This document shows positions 34,701 through 44,000 of a DNA stretch of 59,523 nt, piece by piece (within the stretch, counting starts at the first letter, position 1; every line of letters starts with the position of its first letter). Under the pieces are notes generated by a model. That model was not told the origin of the DNA. It saw only the letters and a list, made by a program, of their open reading frames with translations, and ran no database searches. Source of the DNA: a virus. A program made the translations under genes and the position numbers. The stretch lies in IMG/VR virus record IMGVR_UViG_3300045988_121485; one strand, given 5' to 3'.

Positions 34701-35142
34701 TGCTATAGTTTCCGCAATGGGAGCTGCTCAAATAGCCATGATCGCAGCCCAGCCCATCCCGAAATACGCAAAGGGGACAAAGGACAAATCTCACCCAGGA
34801 GGTTTGGCTATTGTCGGTGATGGCGGCAAGCGAGAGGTTATTCTTACGGATAGCGGAGCTTATATCACCCCATCTGTTCCTACTTTGGTTGATATGCCTA
34901 AGCATGCTGAGGTCATCCCAGATATAGTTGATTACAAAAAAATGGCTCTTCGCTCTGACGCAATGATGCTTGATAAGATGAGGCGTGACAAAGGAGATCC
35001 CGTCATAGTTAATGTAAATAATGACTACAGCAGACTGGAGAGACGGTTTGAGGACGTGTATGGAGAAAATCGGAAAATGGTTCGATATATGAAAAAGATG
35101 GCCCGTTCCGCAGAGTATCGCTATCTGGACAGTAGATTATAA
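31768..35142 (+). CDS. Tail tape measure protein
   Basis: 1124 aa from ATG 31768 (track GTG 31735 lies in the leader hairpin); long coiled coils plus hydrophobic segments (ALVIGITLLSVYG; FVIAAIVSAMGAAQIAMIAA). Confidence 0.8.
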   Translation: MANELKITDVVDQKAFDQLRNFKAELNENYSIYKKLALELAGGVKINPKTFQELSDKSILYNKTLNDLIVTQNRMAAIQEKYNKTLEDYGNKINKLLTLNTLPKQFDDLVKGINKISSSLDTLSSKFQNTSSAQSSASQANQSYTQSTNQLNQAIATTEIRYAEIVDNILAYDNNVTKLTADTIQNKIRIKELGDELKRLDKEYKNGNIGLTDYLNKSALLKQRQTELSEQNKQYSSLMRNHAAVIISASSSYNEMNAAVLALEKRLKSMSKDSFLGSEGQKTLQQIQTLKNELKSMDAQMGNYQRNVGNYASHWNGLGMSVQQVARELPSLAVGWNTFFLAISNNLPILADEIKKANAEFKAMRESGMKGIPVWKQLTGAIFNWQTALVIGITLLSVYGKDLVNWISGLGRAKKALDSATIAQLALNNATKEGIKNSISETNKLNILYKMANDTSRSIIERKQAVDELQAIYPEYFKNLSDEAIMTGRASDAYNMAKNNIIELSKAKVKLSEIDKLSVRAQELSMQAAGKLLELRKAEKEPDYVDPYSGEIIKAADRVGKLREEYNGITEELRNIYKAQQAIVSTIKVSDIATSEGDLEKQRELERLAKEQAKYQEDIAKRLSETRISLIDDEYEKERQTAQKKYEENIASIKGNSEEENELRKNYEQILQDELLAIDKNYLDKKDEEERKRIESIMKYEMDRKKNDYAAKSIDNSRDMQRDIREQATLYEQGIITKKEYEKRKAQITQDYAIIETERTMALLQELINVQGISDEERLRLKEALAEEEIKLIEKVRDAHTKARDEENESDKKYWEDIQSSIDKLKNVSDDAVDGLGTLFGGITELILKMVKDGKLGLEDLLASAAAISEGLSTMVIGMYDRQIEKIEERQKKNEEAAEEEKERIEDLVNSGVISTEVGEARKRAAEQTTADKNKELEKQKAEIQQKQAKWDKANSIIQATIATSLAVTKALPNFVIAAIVSAMGAAQIAMIAAQPIPKYAKGTKDKSHPGGLAIVGDGGKREVILTDSGAYITPSVPTLVDMPKHAEVIPDIVDYKKMALRSDAMMLDKMRRDKGDPVIVNVNNDYSRLERRFEDVYGENRKMVRYMKKMARSAEYRYLDSRL

Positions 35143-35164
35143 CTTATCATTATAAATAAATCAT

Positions 35165-35180
35165 CGTGTGAAGGAGCACG
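35165..35180 (+). promoter_or_regulatory. Stem-loop CGTG-TGAAGGAG-CACG
   Basis: Near-identical to the 16921..16936 core CGTG-TGAAGCTG-CACG. Confidence 0.45.
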
Positions 35181-35190
35181 TTACAGAATT

Positions 35191-35820
35191 ATGGAAAACT
35201 TTAAAGAATTAATTCCTATCAGAGAAAACAATGGCAAAAGAGCCGTTAACGCACGTGACCTACATGCTTTTCTTGAAAGCAAAAGAGATTTTTCCAATTG
35301 GATTAAAGATAGGATTAAAGCCTATGATTTTATTGAAAATCAGGACTATCAGGTTTTCAACAATTTTGGCGAAAACCCAAAAGGTGGGCGCCCGTCAATT
35401 GATTATGCTATTTCAATCAGCATGGCAAAGGAATTGTCTATGATTGAGAATAACGAACGCGGCAAACAAGCTCGAAAGTACTTCATAGCCTGTGAAGAGC
35501 ATAAACATGAGCTTTCTCGTAAAGAGCTTGCGCTTATGGTCATTCAGGCGGAAGAAGAGAAAGAGAGGCTTCAAATGGAAAATAAGCATACAAAAGCCTT
35601 GCTGGAACAGAAACAAGAACAACTGGATGAATCTAAAGAGTGGTTCTCTATTAAACGATACGCAAAAGAGAATGGTTTAAACTGGAGAAAAATAAATTGG
35701 CGGGCATTGAAAGCTTTGTCTTTCGAACATGGATATGATGTGAAAAAGATATTTGATGCCAACTATGGTCAAGTCAATATCTATCATATCGATATTTTTA
35801 ATATATACCTCTCACATTAA
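35191..35820 (+). CDS. AntA/AntB-type antirepressor-like protein
   Basis: ELIPIRENNGKRAVNARDLHAFLESKRDFSNWIKDRIKAYDFIENQDYQVF is the AntA N-terminal domain pattern. Confidence 0.8.
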   Translation: MENFKELIPIRENNGKRAVNARDLHAFLESKRDFSNWIKDRIKAYDFIENQDYQVFNNFGENPKGGRPSIDYAISISMAKELSMIENNERGKQARKYFIACEEHKHELSRKELALMVIQAEEEKERLQMENKHTKALLEQKQEQLDESKEWFSIKRYAKENGLNWRKINWRALKALSFEHGYDVKKIFDANYGQVNIYHIDIFNIYLSH

Positions 35821-35830
35821 AATACCCATA

Positions 35831-36394
35831 ATGCTATACAATGATTTAGACAAAATTCCCCTGGACATCTTTATTGACGTCTTTTTAGGAGAAAAGAGAA
35901 AACTCATAATAGATGGCAATCATTCAGAGGAAGAACTGGAATCACAGGCCTCAATGCTCATATCTGAATATATCGAAATTGTAGGTGGAGCTTCTGTTTC
36001 TAGTGAAATCTTGAAAAAGAGTAATCTGATCAATCTTCATATAAAAGTTGAATGTATGAGGATTGCGGAACTGATGGCAAATCGGGGAGAATGGGATGAA
36101 GTGGTTAATATCTTAAGATCCTTTGGATATCAGCTATTCCCGTCTGAACATGAAAAAATTAGAAAGCGGATATCGGCTATAATGTCGCAGAGTCGTTATC
36201 TGATAGAGAGCTATAACAGCAAAAAGACGGAAGAGCAATCTTTCAAAATGGATAAAAATTACTTTGCCAGGGAAAGAGTTATGGTCATGGCTCATTTTGG
36301 AATGCAGATCCGCAAGAATGAGATTACTGCAAAAGAATATGCCTTTATGGTTAAGCGTATGTGTGACGATGTAAAATCAATAAAACGCAAGTAG
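35831..36394 (+). CDS. Hypothetical tail-module protein
   Basis: Track ORF trimmed to ATG 35831, after the upstream stop. Confidence 0.4.
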   Translation: MLYNDLDKIPLDIFIDVFLGEKRKLIIDGNHSEEELESQASMLISEYIEIVGGASVSSEILKKSNLINLHIKVECMRIAELMANRGEWDEVVNILRSFGYQLFPSEHEKIRKRISAIMSQSRYLIESYNSKKTEEQSFKMDKNYFARERVMVMAHFGMQIRKNEITAKEYAFMVKRMCDDVKSIKRK

Positions 36395-36396
36395 CT

Positions 36397-38400
36397 ATGT
36401 ACTTTAGATGTCAGATTTTAATAAATGGAATATCCTACGAAGCAACGGATGATCTCAAGAACTGGGATGATTTTGAACTTGCTTATAAAAGAAGTGATTA
36501 TGACGGAGTACTTCGTTCTTTTAGCACTAAATTTGAGTTTGTAAACCGGTCTTATAATTTGTTGAAGGAAGAATATTCAAAGAATTACCTTTCTTCCAGT
36601 GCCGGTATAGCTTTTTATAAAAGAAACAATAGCTGGAACTGGGATAAGGTATTTCAGTGCGCTTTAGATTTTTCCTCTTATTCGGATGATGGGTATACAA
36701 TCTCTATTAACGCAATTGATGATACGCTGGCCGCTATTATTAAAGCTAAGAGAAATATTCAGTATGAGTATCTGGTGTCTGAATTAAAGCCTCAATCTCT
36801 TTATTATGACGGTCTGAAATTCCGGTATGAAACTAAATACGTGTCAGGAGGAACAACTGTAGAAGATGATGCTAACCTTCAGTATATCGAACATTATGGA
36901 CCTCTTCTTCCGGGGGGAGAGGGGAAGCCTATTGTATTGGGCTTTCCTTTGTATATACTAGATAATAGTGAACTCCCGAAGCTGAATTCTCCATTAGTCT
37001 TTACAGATGAGCCGTTTTCGAGTGATGGGGGTGTGCAGCCCTTTGCAGAAGCGCTTTCTGATATTAATATCACAATAAAACTGTCATTTTCGTTTTATGT
37101 GATTGGAAGCACCAGCAATGGAACTGTATCTTCGCAGATTGTATTATATATACAAAGGGCTGACGGAACACTCGAACAGAAAATGAGGGCTCAACATATA
37201 GCCGGGAACTCCCCTACTTTTGTTAATGAAAATATAACTTCAGTTCTTCATAAAGGAGATACTGTCAGGATGGAACTGGAATTAAACAATTCAGTAAGAC
37301 CTGTGGCAATGACATGGACTACTTATCTGAGAGGCTTCTCTTTATCTGTAAATTTCCAATCCCGTATCAATCCTGTCAATATAGATGTCCTTCTTTTGAC
37401 CACTGTTGCAGAAAAGCTCCTTGAAAGCATGACAGATAGCAGTGATTATAGCGTAGATATATACAATTATGTACCTGGTGGAATTACCCGGAGTCGACTC
37501 TCTTCGTGTTTTATAATGCCGGCAGAAAGTGCAAGAAATCTTCCTAATGCAAAGCTATACACTTCCTTCAAGAAATTTTGTGAGTTTATGGAGGCTGAGT
37601 TTGGCTATGTTCTGGTTGTAGAAGGGAACAACGTTACTTTTATTCATAGATATGCATTGTTTGACAATTATGTCGTAAAAGACCTTTCAGATCAGATAAA
37701 CGATTATGAATATAGCGTCAATTCCTCTCTTATCAACACTTCCGTAAAAGTTGGATATGATAAGCAGGATTATGACAGTATCAATGGACGTGATGAGTTT
37801 CGGTTTACAAATGAATTCTCAACAGGATTAAAACTGACGGATAATACTCTTTCTTTTATCAGTCCTTACCGGGCGGACGCGTATGGAATAGAGTTTTTGG
37901 TTCAGAAGAGAGGGGAAGATACCACCGATAATGATAGCGATAATGATGTTTTTATCGTAGGTTGTCAATATGCAACTTCGGCAGAGAATGGTAATCTGTT
38001 ATTAGACCGTCCGTACAGCCCTAGTCAGTTGCTGGGTCTAATCAGCCCTGATACAATGTTTAACATAGAATATTCACCTCGTTTTATGCTGGAAGCAAAT
38101 AAGGCATATATAGGCGCATGCACAAATATGCTTAAGTTTACTTCTTCTGATGGTAATAGTAATGTCTCAATTGCGGGAATAAAAGAAACCGATGATTTCC
38201 CTATAGATAATCGCTTGTTTACGGTAGGAGAAGTAGACGTTGAGACAAGTGAAGTGGATATTCCTTCAAATTTATCCGGATTAATCTCTCTTGATTATAA
38301 TGGAGAGGCCGTACACGGATATATTAAAGAGATGAAGATTAATGTCGGAAAGACCGAATCGGTAAGATATTCTCTAATTGTGAAAGAGATAAAAAGCTGA
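36397..38400 (+). CDS. Tail structural protein (distal tail / hub position)
   Basis: 667 aa downstream of tape measure; positional call. Confidence 0.4.
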   Translation: MYFRCQILINGISYEATDDLKNWDDFELAYKRSDYDGVLRSFSTKFEFVNRSYNLLKEEYSKNYLSSSAGIAFYKRNNSWNWDKVFQCALDFSSYSDDGYTISINAIDDTLAAIIKAKRNIQYEYLVSELKPQSLYYDGLKFRYETKYVSGGTTVEDDANLQYIEHYGPLLPGGEGKPIVLGFPLYILDNSELPKLNSPLVFTDEPFSSDGGVQPFAEALSDINITIKLSFSFYVIGSTSNGTVSSQIVLYIQRADGTLEQKMRAQHIAGNSPTFVNENITSVLHKGDTVRMELELNNSVRPVAMTWTTYLRGFSLSVNFQSRINPVNIDVLLLTTVAEKLLESMTDSSDYSVDIYNYVPGGITRSRLSSCFIMPAESARNLPNAKLYTSFKKFCEFMEAEFGYVLVVEGNNVTFIHRYALFDNYVVKDLSDQINDYEYSVNSSLINTSVKVGYDKQDYDSINGRDEFRFTNEFSTGLKLTDNTLSFISPYRADAYGIEFLVQKRGEDTTDNDSDNDVFIVGCQYATSAENGNLLLDRPYSPSQLLGLISPDTMFNIEYSPRFMLEANKAYIGACTNMLKFTSSDGNSNVSIAGIKETDDFPIDNRLFTVGEVDVETSEVDIPSNLSGLISLDYNGEAVHGYIKEMKINVGKTESVRYSLIVKEIKS

Positions 38401-38429
38401 TAAGTTATTGTAATTGTTATAATAATTAG

Positions 38430-38459
38430 TATATTTGCATTGCAGTGTCAAGTGGCACT
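38430..38459 (+). promoter_or_regulatory. -7 box TATATTTG plus leader stem-loop (loop TCAAGTGG)
   Basis: AGTG-TCAAGTGG-CACT at 38444..38459; the leader shares AACGAAAAGAC with the terS leader. Confidence 0.55.
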
Positions 38460-38486
38460 TAACCCATAAAAGAACGAAAAGACCAT

Positions 38487-39386
38487 ATGATTAAAATCGG
38501 TGACATCTGTCCATTGTTCTTTTCTCCATTAAAGAACAAATTTCAGCAGGATATAGACTATATCCAGCGCTTTCATACAAATGACAACATTCTAGTCCAG
38601 GTATTTTCGAATGATTCCAGCCATTCTGTTACGGCTTATTTACGCAATTTAGTATCAGGCAATCAAATACCCGTTTCTTTTTCTGAATATCAGGTGAATG
38701 ATACGATAAAAATGTATTATTCCGCAATAACAGGGCTTCATGATGCTGTATATATACTTGAGGTAGCGGATGCTTCTGGCAATTTCTATGCTGTTAGCGA
38801 GCCCTTCTCAATCTGTTCTGATAGCCTCATTTTGGATGAGACATGTCTTATTAGATGTTCTCACAAAGATAACAATTCTCCTTTTGACAATATCTTCTGG
38901 CCTGGTGAAGATCAGTTGTTTTTTGAATTCAGAATAGAGGGAGGATTCAAACCGAACGGTTATTCTGCAAAAGTTGAAAATGAGCAATTTCGGAATCAAA
39001 AACAGGAAATTATAGAATTATATTCAATTCCATATGACACGTTTTCTTTGTCGTGCGGTAATTCCTCAGGTATTCCTTATTGGTTTGTCCAATTTATAAA
39101 TAAAGCCCTATGTCTTTCCGATTTTTATATAAATGACACGGCTTATGTTCGTTCTGGAAATTCGGTGCCTGAAGTAGCTCAGATATCGGAGGATAGTCAG
39201 ATGTTTTGGGCTTCAGTCTTATTGGAACAGAGAGAGAATGATCTTTCTGGATTAGGCGGTATACCCGGTGGTTCGTCAGCGATTAATCTCGTTGGATTTA
39301 ATATAAACAATCCCAAGGAGGGAGAGATGTTACAGTATGATTCCTCCCAATTAGCTTTTGTAAATACTGATAAAATTGAAGTGTAA
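38487..39386 (+). CDS. Tail/baseplate-associated protein (by position)
   Basis: 299-aa ORF. Confidence 0.35.
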   Translation: MIKIGDICPLFFSPLKNKFQQDIDYIQRFHTNDNILVQVFSNDSSHSVTAYLRNLVSGNQIPVSFSEYQVNDTIKMYYSAITGLHDAVYILEVADASGNFYAVSEPFSICSDSLILDETCLIRCSHKDNNSPFDNIFWPGEDQLFFEFRIEGGFKPNGYSAKVENEQFRNQKQEIIELYSIPYDTFSLSCGNSSGIPYWFVQFINKALCLSDFYINDTAYVRSGNSVPEVAQISEDSQMFWASVLLEQRENDLSGLGGIPGGSSAINLVGFNINNPKEGEMLQYDSSQLAFVNTDKIEV

Positions 39387-39733
39387 TGAAGAAGAAGGTA
39401 ACAAAAGAGTTATGGTATGGAAGTGAGATAGACAAGGATGGCAATCCGGTATATCCTCCGTTGGCACCTTCTGAAGAAAGGCATTTAGAAGGATTGAACC
39501 AAGGGGAAGTATATATACATAACAGAGATGAAGACCCTAAAATCATTATTGTAACCGATAAAGGAAACGTAAAAGAAATTGGCGGAGATGGTGAAGCACT
39601 AGAGAAAAAATATATACGAAAGGATCAACCGGATGGTACCGATTTCTTATTGAGTGCTAACGGTGGCCTTGTAGTTCGTGGCGGAGAATTGATAGAAGAA
39701 GTTGAAGATTCATTGATTGAAGAATTAGAATAA
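39386..39733 (+). CDS. Hypothetical tail-module protein
   Basis: 115 aa, TAATG overlap. Confidence 0.35.
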   Translation: MKKKVTKELWYGSEIDKDGNPVYPPLAPSEERHLEGLNQGEVYIHNRDEDPKIIIVTDKGNVKEIGGDGEALEKKYIRKDQPDGTDFLLSANGGLVVRGGELIEEVEDSLIEELE

Positions 39734-39734
39734 T

Positions 39735-42700
39735 ATGGCAATACTAAGTAACGGTAAGTTCTACGGATTTCTTTGTTCTGTGAAAGCGACAGGACGTAAG
39801 TTGTCGAACGGCGTAAAGGAATACGTCGAAGACTTCGTGTCCGGATTTGCCGGTCATGGATGGAAGCTGTGGGAGTATATCAAGGGCAAATGGAAGCTGG
39901 AGATAGACAGTCTTGTTGTTCGCGAGACAATGGTCGTTTTTGAGCTTCTTATTCAGAAGATCCGCGCGGTGAAGGGTGCACTGGGTATCACTCAGGCATG
40001 CGGCCGTATAAAGACTGCCACGCTGGATGAGTCCGGACAAAACTGGCTGGTCACCATCGAGGATGAGATGTCTTTTGTCGCACACGATTTCATCCGGTGC
40101 CAGGATTGGACGAATGGTACCCTTAAAGGCTATTGGGTCGAGATATCCGAAATACGCAAGATTGACGGTGTTGATACAATCGTCATACCTGTCAGTGAGT
40201 TCACCGGCGGTATAGGTTACACAGACGGCATGGAGGCTGTTGATCCGGCATTGTCGGGTATGACTACTCCGGCTGTCAGTGATGAGATTGTCCAGTTCGG
40301 TAACTCGAAGGATGTAAATCGTCAGAGTGCGATCTATCTGCATGCCGATGAAGGTGGACAGCCTGCAATCGATATTCTGTTTGGTATCAACAGCAAGAGT
40401 TTTGCCGGTTGTACGAAAATCCGTATGGGCGGTGATATTCCCGGAACAGACGGGCTTAAGGGCTTCTATTGTGAAAATGGTATGATCAAAGGTACAGACT
40501 CTACAGGGCATGTCGTTTACTGTATCTATCCGGATGGTACTGCTGAGTTTGGAGACGGATCAGCCCGATTTGCTACAGATAGATCAGGTCACATAGCCGG
40601 AGGTGCTATTTCGTGGCATTGGGACGCATCGAAGAACAAATATGTGTGTTCCATGAAAGGAGTGGTTCTAACGTGGGATAATCTGGACGAGGAAGCAAAG
40701 GAGAATCTAAAGGGCGAACCGGGTAAAGATGGACAGCCCGGTACGGATGGTAAACCGGGTACTGACGGTAAAGACGGTACAAGCCTCATTTTTATGGGGG
40801 AATTCTCTTCTGCTCCGGCAAATCCTCAGAACGGATACTGGTATCGTAATACTACCGACAAGAAATGCTACGTATACCAGGATGGCGCATGGTATGTGAT
40901 GACTGAGGATGGAAAGAATGGTCTTGACGGAGAAGGAAGCATCTCTGCCGATCTTGACGATGAAATGCAGTCTGTAGCTTGCTCTCTGGACGGGACGGTG
41001 GTATTCGGTTTGCCTGTCACAACAACATTCTCTATGTTCTACGGAACAACTGAGCTTCCTCTTGATTCTCTATCTGTAGGCAGCATCACAGGCGTGACAG
41101 CAACGGCTGATCGCAGCACAGGGATAGTTAAGGTAACAGCTATTACTGCTGCGGTGGCTGATGTAATTCGTATACCCATAACGGGACGGGTAACATACAA
41201 AGGTTCTCAGTATGAACGTACCCTGCATTTGTCGATAAACAAAGTGAAGCCGGGGGAAAATGGAGAGAATGGAACCGACGGAACAAATGGTCAGAACGCG
41301 GTCATTTACTCGCTTCAGCCATCGACCAATATCATAAAGAGAGATGCTGACGGGAACAGTGATGTCTCGAATATATCCTGCCGGGTGATGAAGACCGACG
41401 GAGCTTCTACTGTCGTATCCTCTCTGCCAGTTGGCTACTCAATGGATTATATTATAGACTCAGGGAATGCGACTAGCTATACTCCGGATAAGCAAATATC
41501 CGTCTCCGGGATAACAGATAAGATACAGTTCCGGCTTTACAATGAAACATCGGGAGTAGTACTGATCGACCGCGAAACGATTGCTGTTGTCTCAGACGGG
41601 AAGAAGGGGCTTGACGGTATAAATGGTGAAGATGGTAAAGACGGGCTCAGTATTACGTGGAAAGGGGATTTATCAAGCGCTCCTGCCAATCCTCAAAAAA
41701 ACTGGGCTTATCGCAATACCAGTAATGGTATCGTCTATATCTATAACGGCACCGCTTGGGAGTTGATGGTTGCGGACGGTCAGGACGGAACAGATGGTAC
41801 TGACGGCACGGATGGCCTGAGTGTTTTCATTACATACCATGACAGCGAAGATGAACCATCCCGTCCGACTGGAAGCGGAACAAGCGGAGGATGGCACACT
41901 AACGCAACAAAAGATGTTGTCTGGATTTCTCAGAAAGTCGCTTCAAGCGCTTCTTCCGGCACATGGGGTGATCCTATACGATTCAAGGGATTGCCGGGAA
42001 AATATACGGAGCTACGGTATAAGTATGCTTTCGGAAAGCCTGCTACGCCTACCGGTACAAATCCGGCAGGATGGTCCCTTTCTCCGGATCGGGAGGATAT
42101 TACCTTCTCGTATTCGGGTAACTTTACAAAAGACGGTGATTACTATGTCTCTCCATCTCCTACATCTCATTCCTCGACATACAAGCAAAGGGTGTCATTT
42201 ACGACAAGAAGAGCTAATCAGATGATACATATAGAGATTGATGTATCATCCGAGCAGAACTACGACAAGGGTATCGTAGAAGCCCTTGATACGTCCTATC
42301 GCATGGACAACGAACATGCCTGGGAGGGAAGTGGAGTAACCAATGCGGTGGTGGATATTGCAGTGCCTACAGCCGGCAGTCACTTTGTTGAGATTGTATA
42401 TACGAAAGACGGCAGCACAAGCAGTAACGAGGACAGAGTCAAGTTCCGTATGCTCGATCCTACTACCTGTTGGTATTCGACTGCGGTGATTGATGGCGAA
42501 ACGTCTCCTTCCTGGAGCGAACCTGTCATATTCCCAACGGACTCCAAGACCGAGGAGCAGGTTTACCTGCTTGCAAAGTCTAAGCGTAATGTTATTGACC
42601 TCCCGACATCCAACGAATACGTTAACGAATACATTGGTGATGCTCCTGAATATAGTAGCTCAAAATTCTATTCGGCAGGTAACATAGTAAAATACAATAA

Positions 42701-43958
42701 TGTATACAAGGTAGCTATTCAGGCGCATTCGGGGATTGCTCCGACCAATGAAGCATACTGGGAAGATGTGCTATGGTGGGTGGATAATCCTCGTGGAGCA
42801 TCGGAAACTTATCCTTATGAGTACACTTGTGAACGTACTCTACAGGATGGAAAGTGGGGAGAGTATAAGAATTATCACCTGTTTGGGCATTACGGGAAGG
42901 ACGGCGAACCGGGTGCAGATGGAAAAGATGCGAATCTGCTTCCTTGGGTGGAACAATGGAATAATAATAAGACACTGATAGATGGCGAATATATCGTATC
43001 TCCGAAGATGTTTTCCGGTACAAAGGATAGTGGTGGGAAACTGACCGGTATTGCATTAGGAAGAGATTGTATTACAGTCGATGGAGAGAAAAGAACGGGA
43101 ATCTTTGCTCTTGTGGGTGGAAATATTGTATTTAAACTTGACCCAATATCCGAAGAGTATGAGTTTCAGGGTAGTGTGGTGGCAGATTCAATTACAATGA
43201 AAGATTTTGCACATCTTTCACAGGCTATATTTAAAGGAGACTTTATGTTCTCTCAACAAGGAATAGATGCTGATGGGAATCCAACCTCCAATTATCAAGA
43301 ATTTAATCAGGAAAATCCGCAGGGTGGGAATTTTAAACCTAATCTGGCATTCAATCTTAAAACAGGGGATCAATATTCGAATGGGGGACATGTATATGGA
43401 TTTGCGACCAATACTCCTATACAAGCTAATGGTACTTCAGTAGATCCCGACAAGGTTGCTTACAGTAAAGTGAACATATTATTTAGCGGAACTTCTTCCT
43501 TGCGTTTGCCTAATGATAAGAAGTTTGATGGAGTTGAATTCACAATTGTAAGTACTGCTTCCCGATCATTTGATGGTAGTGCAAATATTTATAGGGAAGG
43601 TGGAGGAGATACTAATTACTCAGCTACAGGTATACACTACAAAGGTGTAGAAATTAGGACGTGCTATATGAGATCGGAAGGGTCATTTATAAGGTTGATT
43701 GCTCATTGGAACGGTTCTAAATTAAAATATTACGTAGTCGGTCATAGTGATAATTTTGCCATGATTGAGCCTATTTTAAACACTCAAGGAACAAGTGCAA
43801 CACTGGGTATATGGTTTGTAGATCGAGTTTATACATCAAGTACTAGCATGCGAGTCTATTATAACGATATTAATTTATTCTTATTTATGCTCAACGTGTA
43901 TAGTGGAAAAGACGCTCCTAATACTGGTGGTTTAAACTTTACTTCTCCAAGTAGTTGA
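39735..43958 (+). CDS. Tail fibre with collagen-like Gly-X-Y segments
   Basis: 1407 aa; five G-X-Y runs (e.g. GEPGKDGQPGTDGKPGTDGKDGT at about 40713..40781); duplicated SSAPANPQ...Y.YNG..W module. Confidence 0.7.
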   Translation: MAILSNGKFYGFLCSVKATGRKLSNGVKEYVEDFVSGFAGHGWKLWEYIKGKWKLEIDSLVVRETMVVFELLIQKIRAVKGALGITQACGRIKTATLDESGQNWLVTIEDEMSFVAHDFIRCQDWTNGTLKGYWVEISEIRKIDGVDTIVIPVSEFTGGIGYTDGMEAVDPALSGMTTPAVSDEIVQFGNSKDVNRQSAIYLHADEGGQPAIDILFGINSKSFAGCTKIRMGGDIPGTDGLKGFYCENGMIKGTDSTGHVVYCIYPDGTAEFGDGSARFATDRSGHIAGGAISWHWDASKNKYVCSMKGVVLTWDNLDEEAKENLKGEPGKDGQPGTDGKPGTDGKDGTSLIFMGEFSSAPANPQNGYWYRNTTDKKCYVYQDGAWYVMTEDGKNGLDGEGSISADLDDEMQSVACSLDGTVVFGLPVTTTFSMFYGTTELPLDSLSVGSITGVTATADRSTGIVKVTAITAAVADVIRIPITGRVTYKGSQYERTLHLSINKVKPGENGENGTDGTNGQNAVIYSLQPSTNIIKRDADGNSDVSNISCRVMKTDGASTVVSSLPVGYSMDYIIDSGNATSYTPDKQISVSGITDKIQFRLYNETSGVVLIDRETIAVVSDGKKGLDGINGEDGKDGLSITWKGDLSSAPANPQKNWAYRNTSNGIVYIYNGTAWELMVADGQDGTDGTDGTDGLSVFITYHDSEDEPSRPTGSGTSGGWHTNATKDVVWISQKVASSASSGTWGDPIRFKGLPGKYTELRYKYAFGKPATPTGTNPAGWSLSPDREDITFSYSGNFTKDGDYYVSPSPTSHSSTYKQRVSFTTRRANQMIHIEIDVSSEQNYDKGIVEALDTSYRMDNEHAWEGSGVTNAVVDIAVPTAGSHFVEIVYTKDGSTSSNEDRVKFRMLDPTTCWYSTAVIDGETSPSWSEPVIFPTDSKTEEQVYLLAKSKRNVIDLPTSNEYVNEYIGDAPEYSSSKFYSAGNIVKYNNVYKVAIQAHSGIAPTNEAYWEDVLWWVDNPRGASETYPYEYTCERTLQDGKWGEYKNYHLFGHYGKDGEPGADGKDANLLPWVEQWNNNKTLIDGEYIVSPKMFSGTKDSGGKLTGIALGRDCITVDGEKRTGIFALVGGNIVFKLDPISEEYEFQGSVVADSITMKDFAHLSQAIFKGDFMFSQQGIDADGNPTSNYQEFNQENPQGGNFKPNLAFNLKTGDQYSNGGHVYGFATNTPIQANGTSVDPDKVAYSKVNILFSGTSSLRLPNDKKFDGVEFTIVSTASRSFDGSANIYREGGGDTNYSATGIHYKGVEIRTCYMRSEGSFIRLIAHWNGSKLKYYVVGHSDNFAMIEPILNTQGTSATLGIWFVDRVYTSSTSMRVYYNDINLFLFMLNVYSGKDAPNTGGLNFTSPSS

Positions 43959-44000
43959 GTTTTGTTCAATGTATAACAACAAAGAATCAAGATAATATAT

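Noticed and set aside
32579-34905. Minus-strand ORFs inside the tape measure gene (32579..32794, 32733..33155, 34221..34640, 34489..34905)
   Set aside because: They are shadow ORFs of a long repetitive K/E/Q-rich gene, and their products are Ser/Cys/Phe-rich nonsense.
39744-40511. 255-aa minus-strand ORF
   Set aside because: It lies entirely antisense within the G+C-richer fibre gene. It has no start context or neighbours on that strand, which is the typical shadow ORF.
39735-43958. Diversity-generating retroelement acting on the fibre gene
   Set aside because: No reverse-transcriptase-like ORF exists anywhere in the window. I found no near-identical template/variable repeat pair, and the internal duplications are diverged coding modules.
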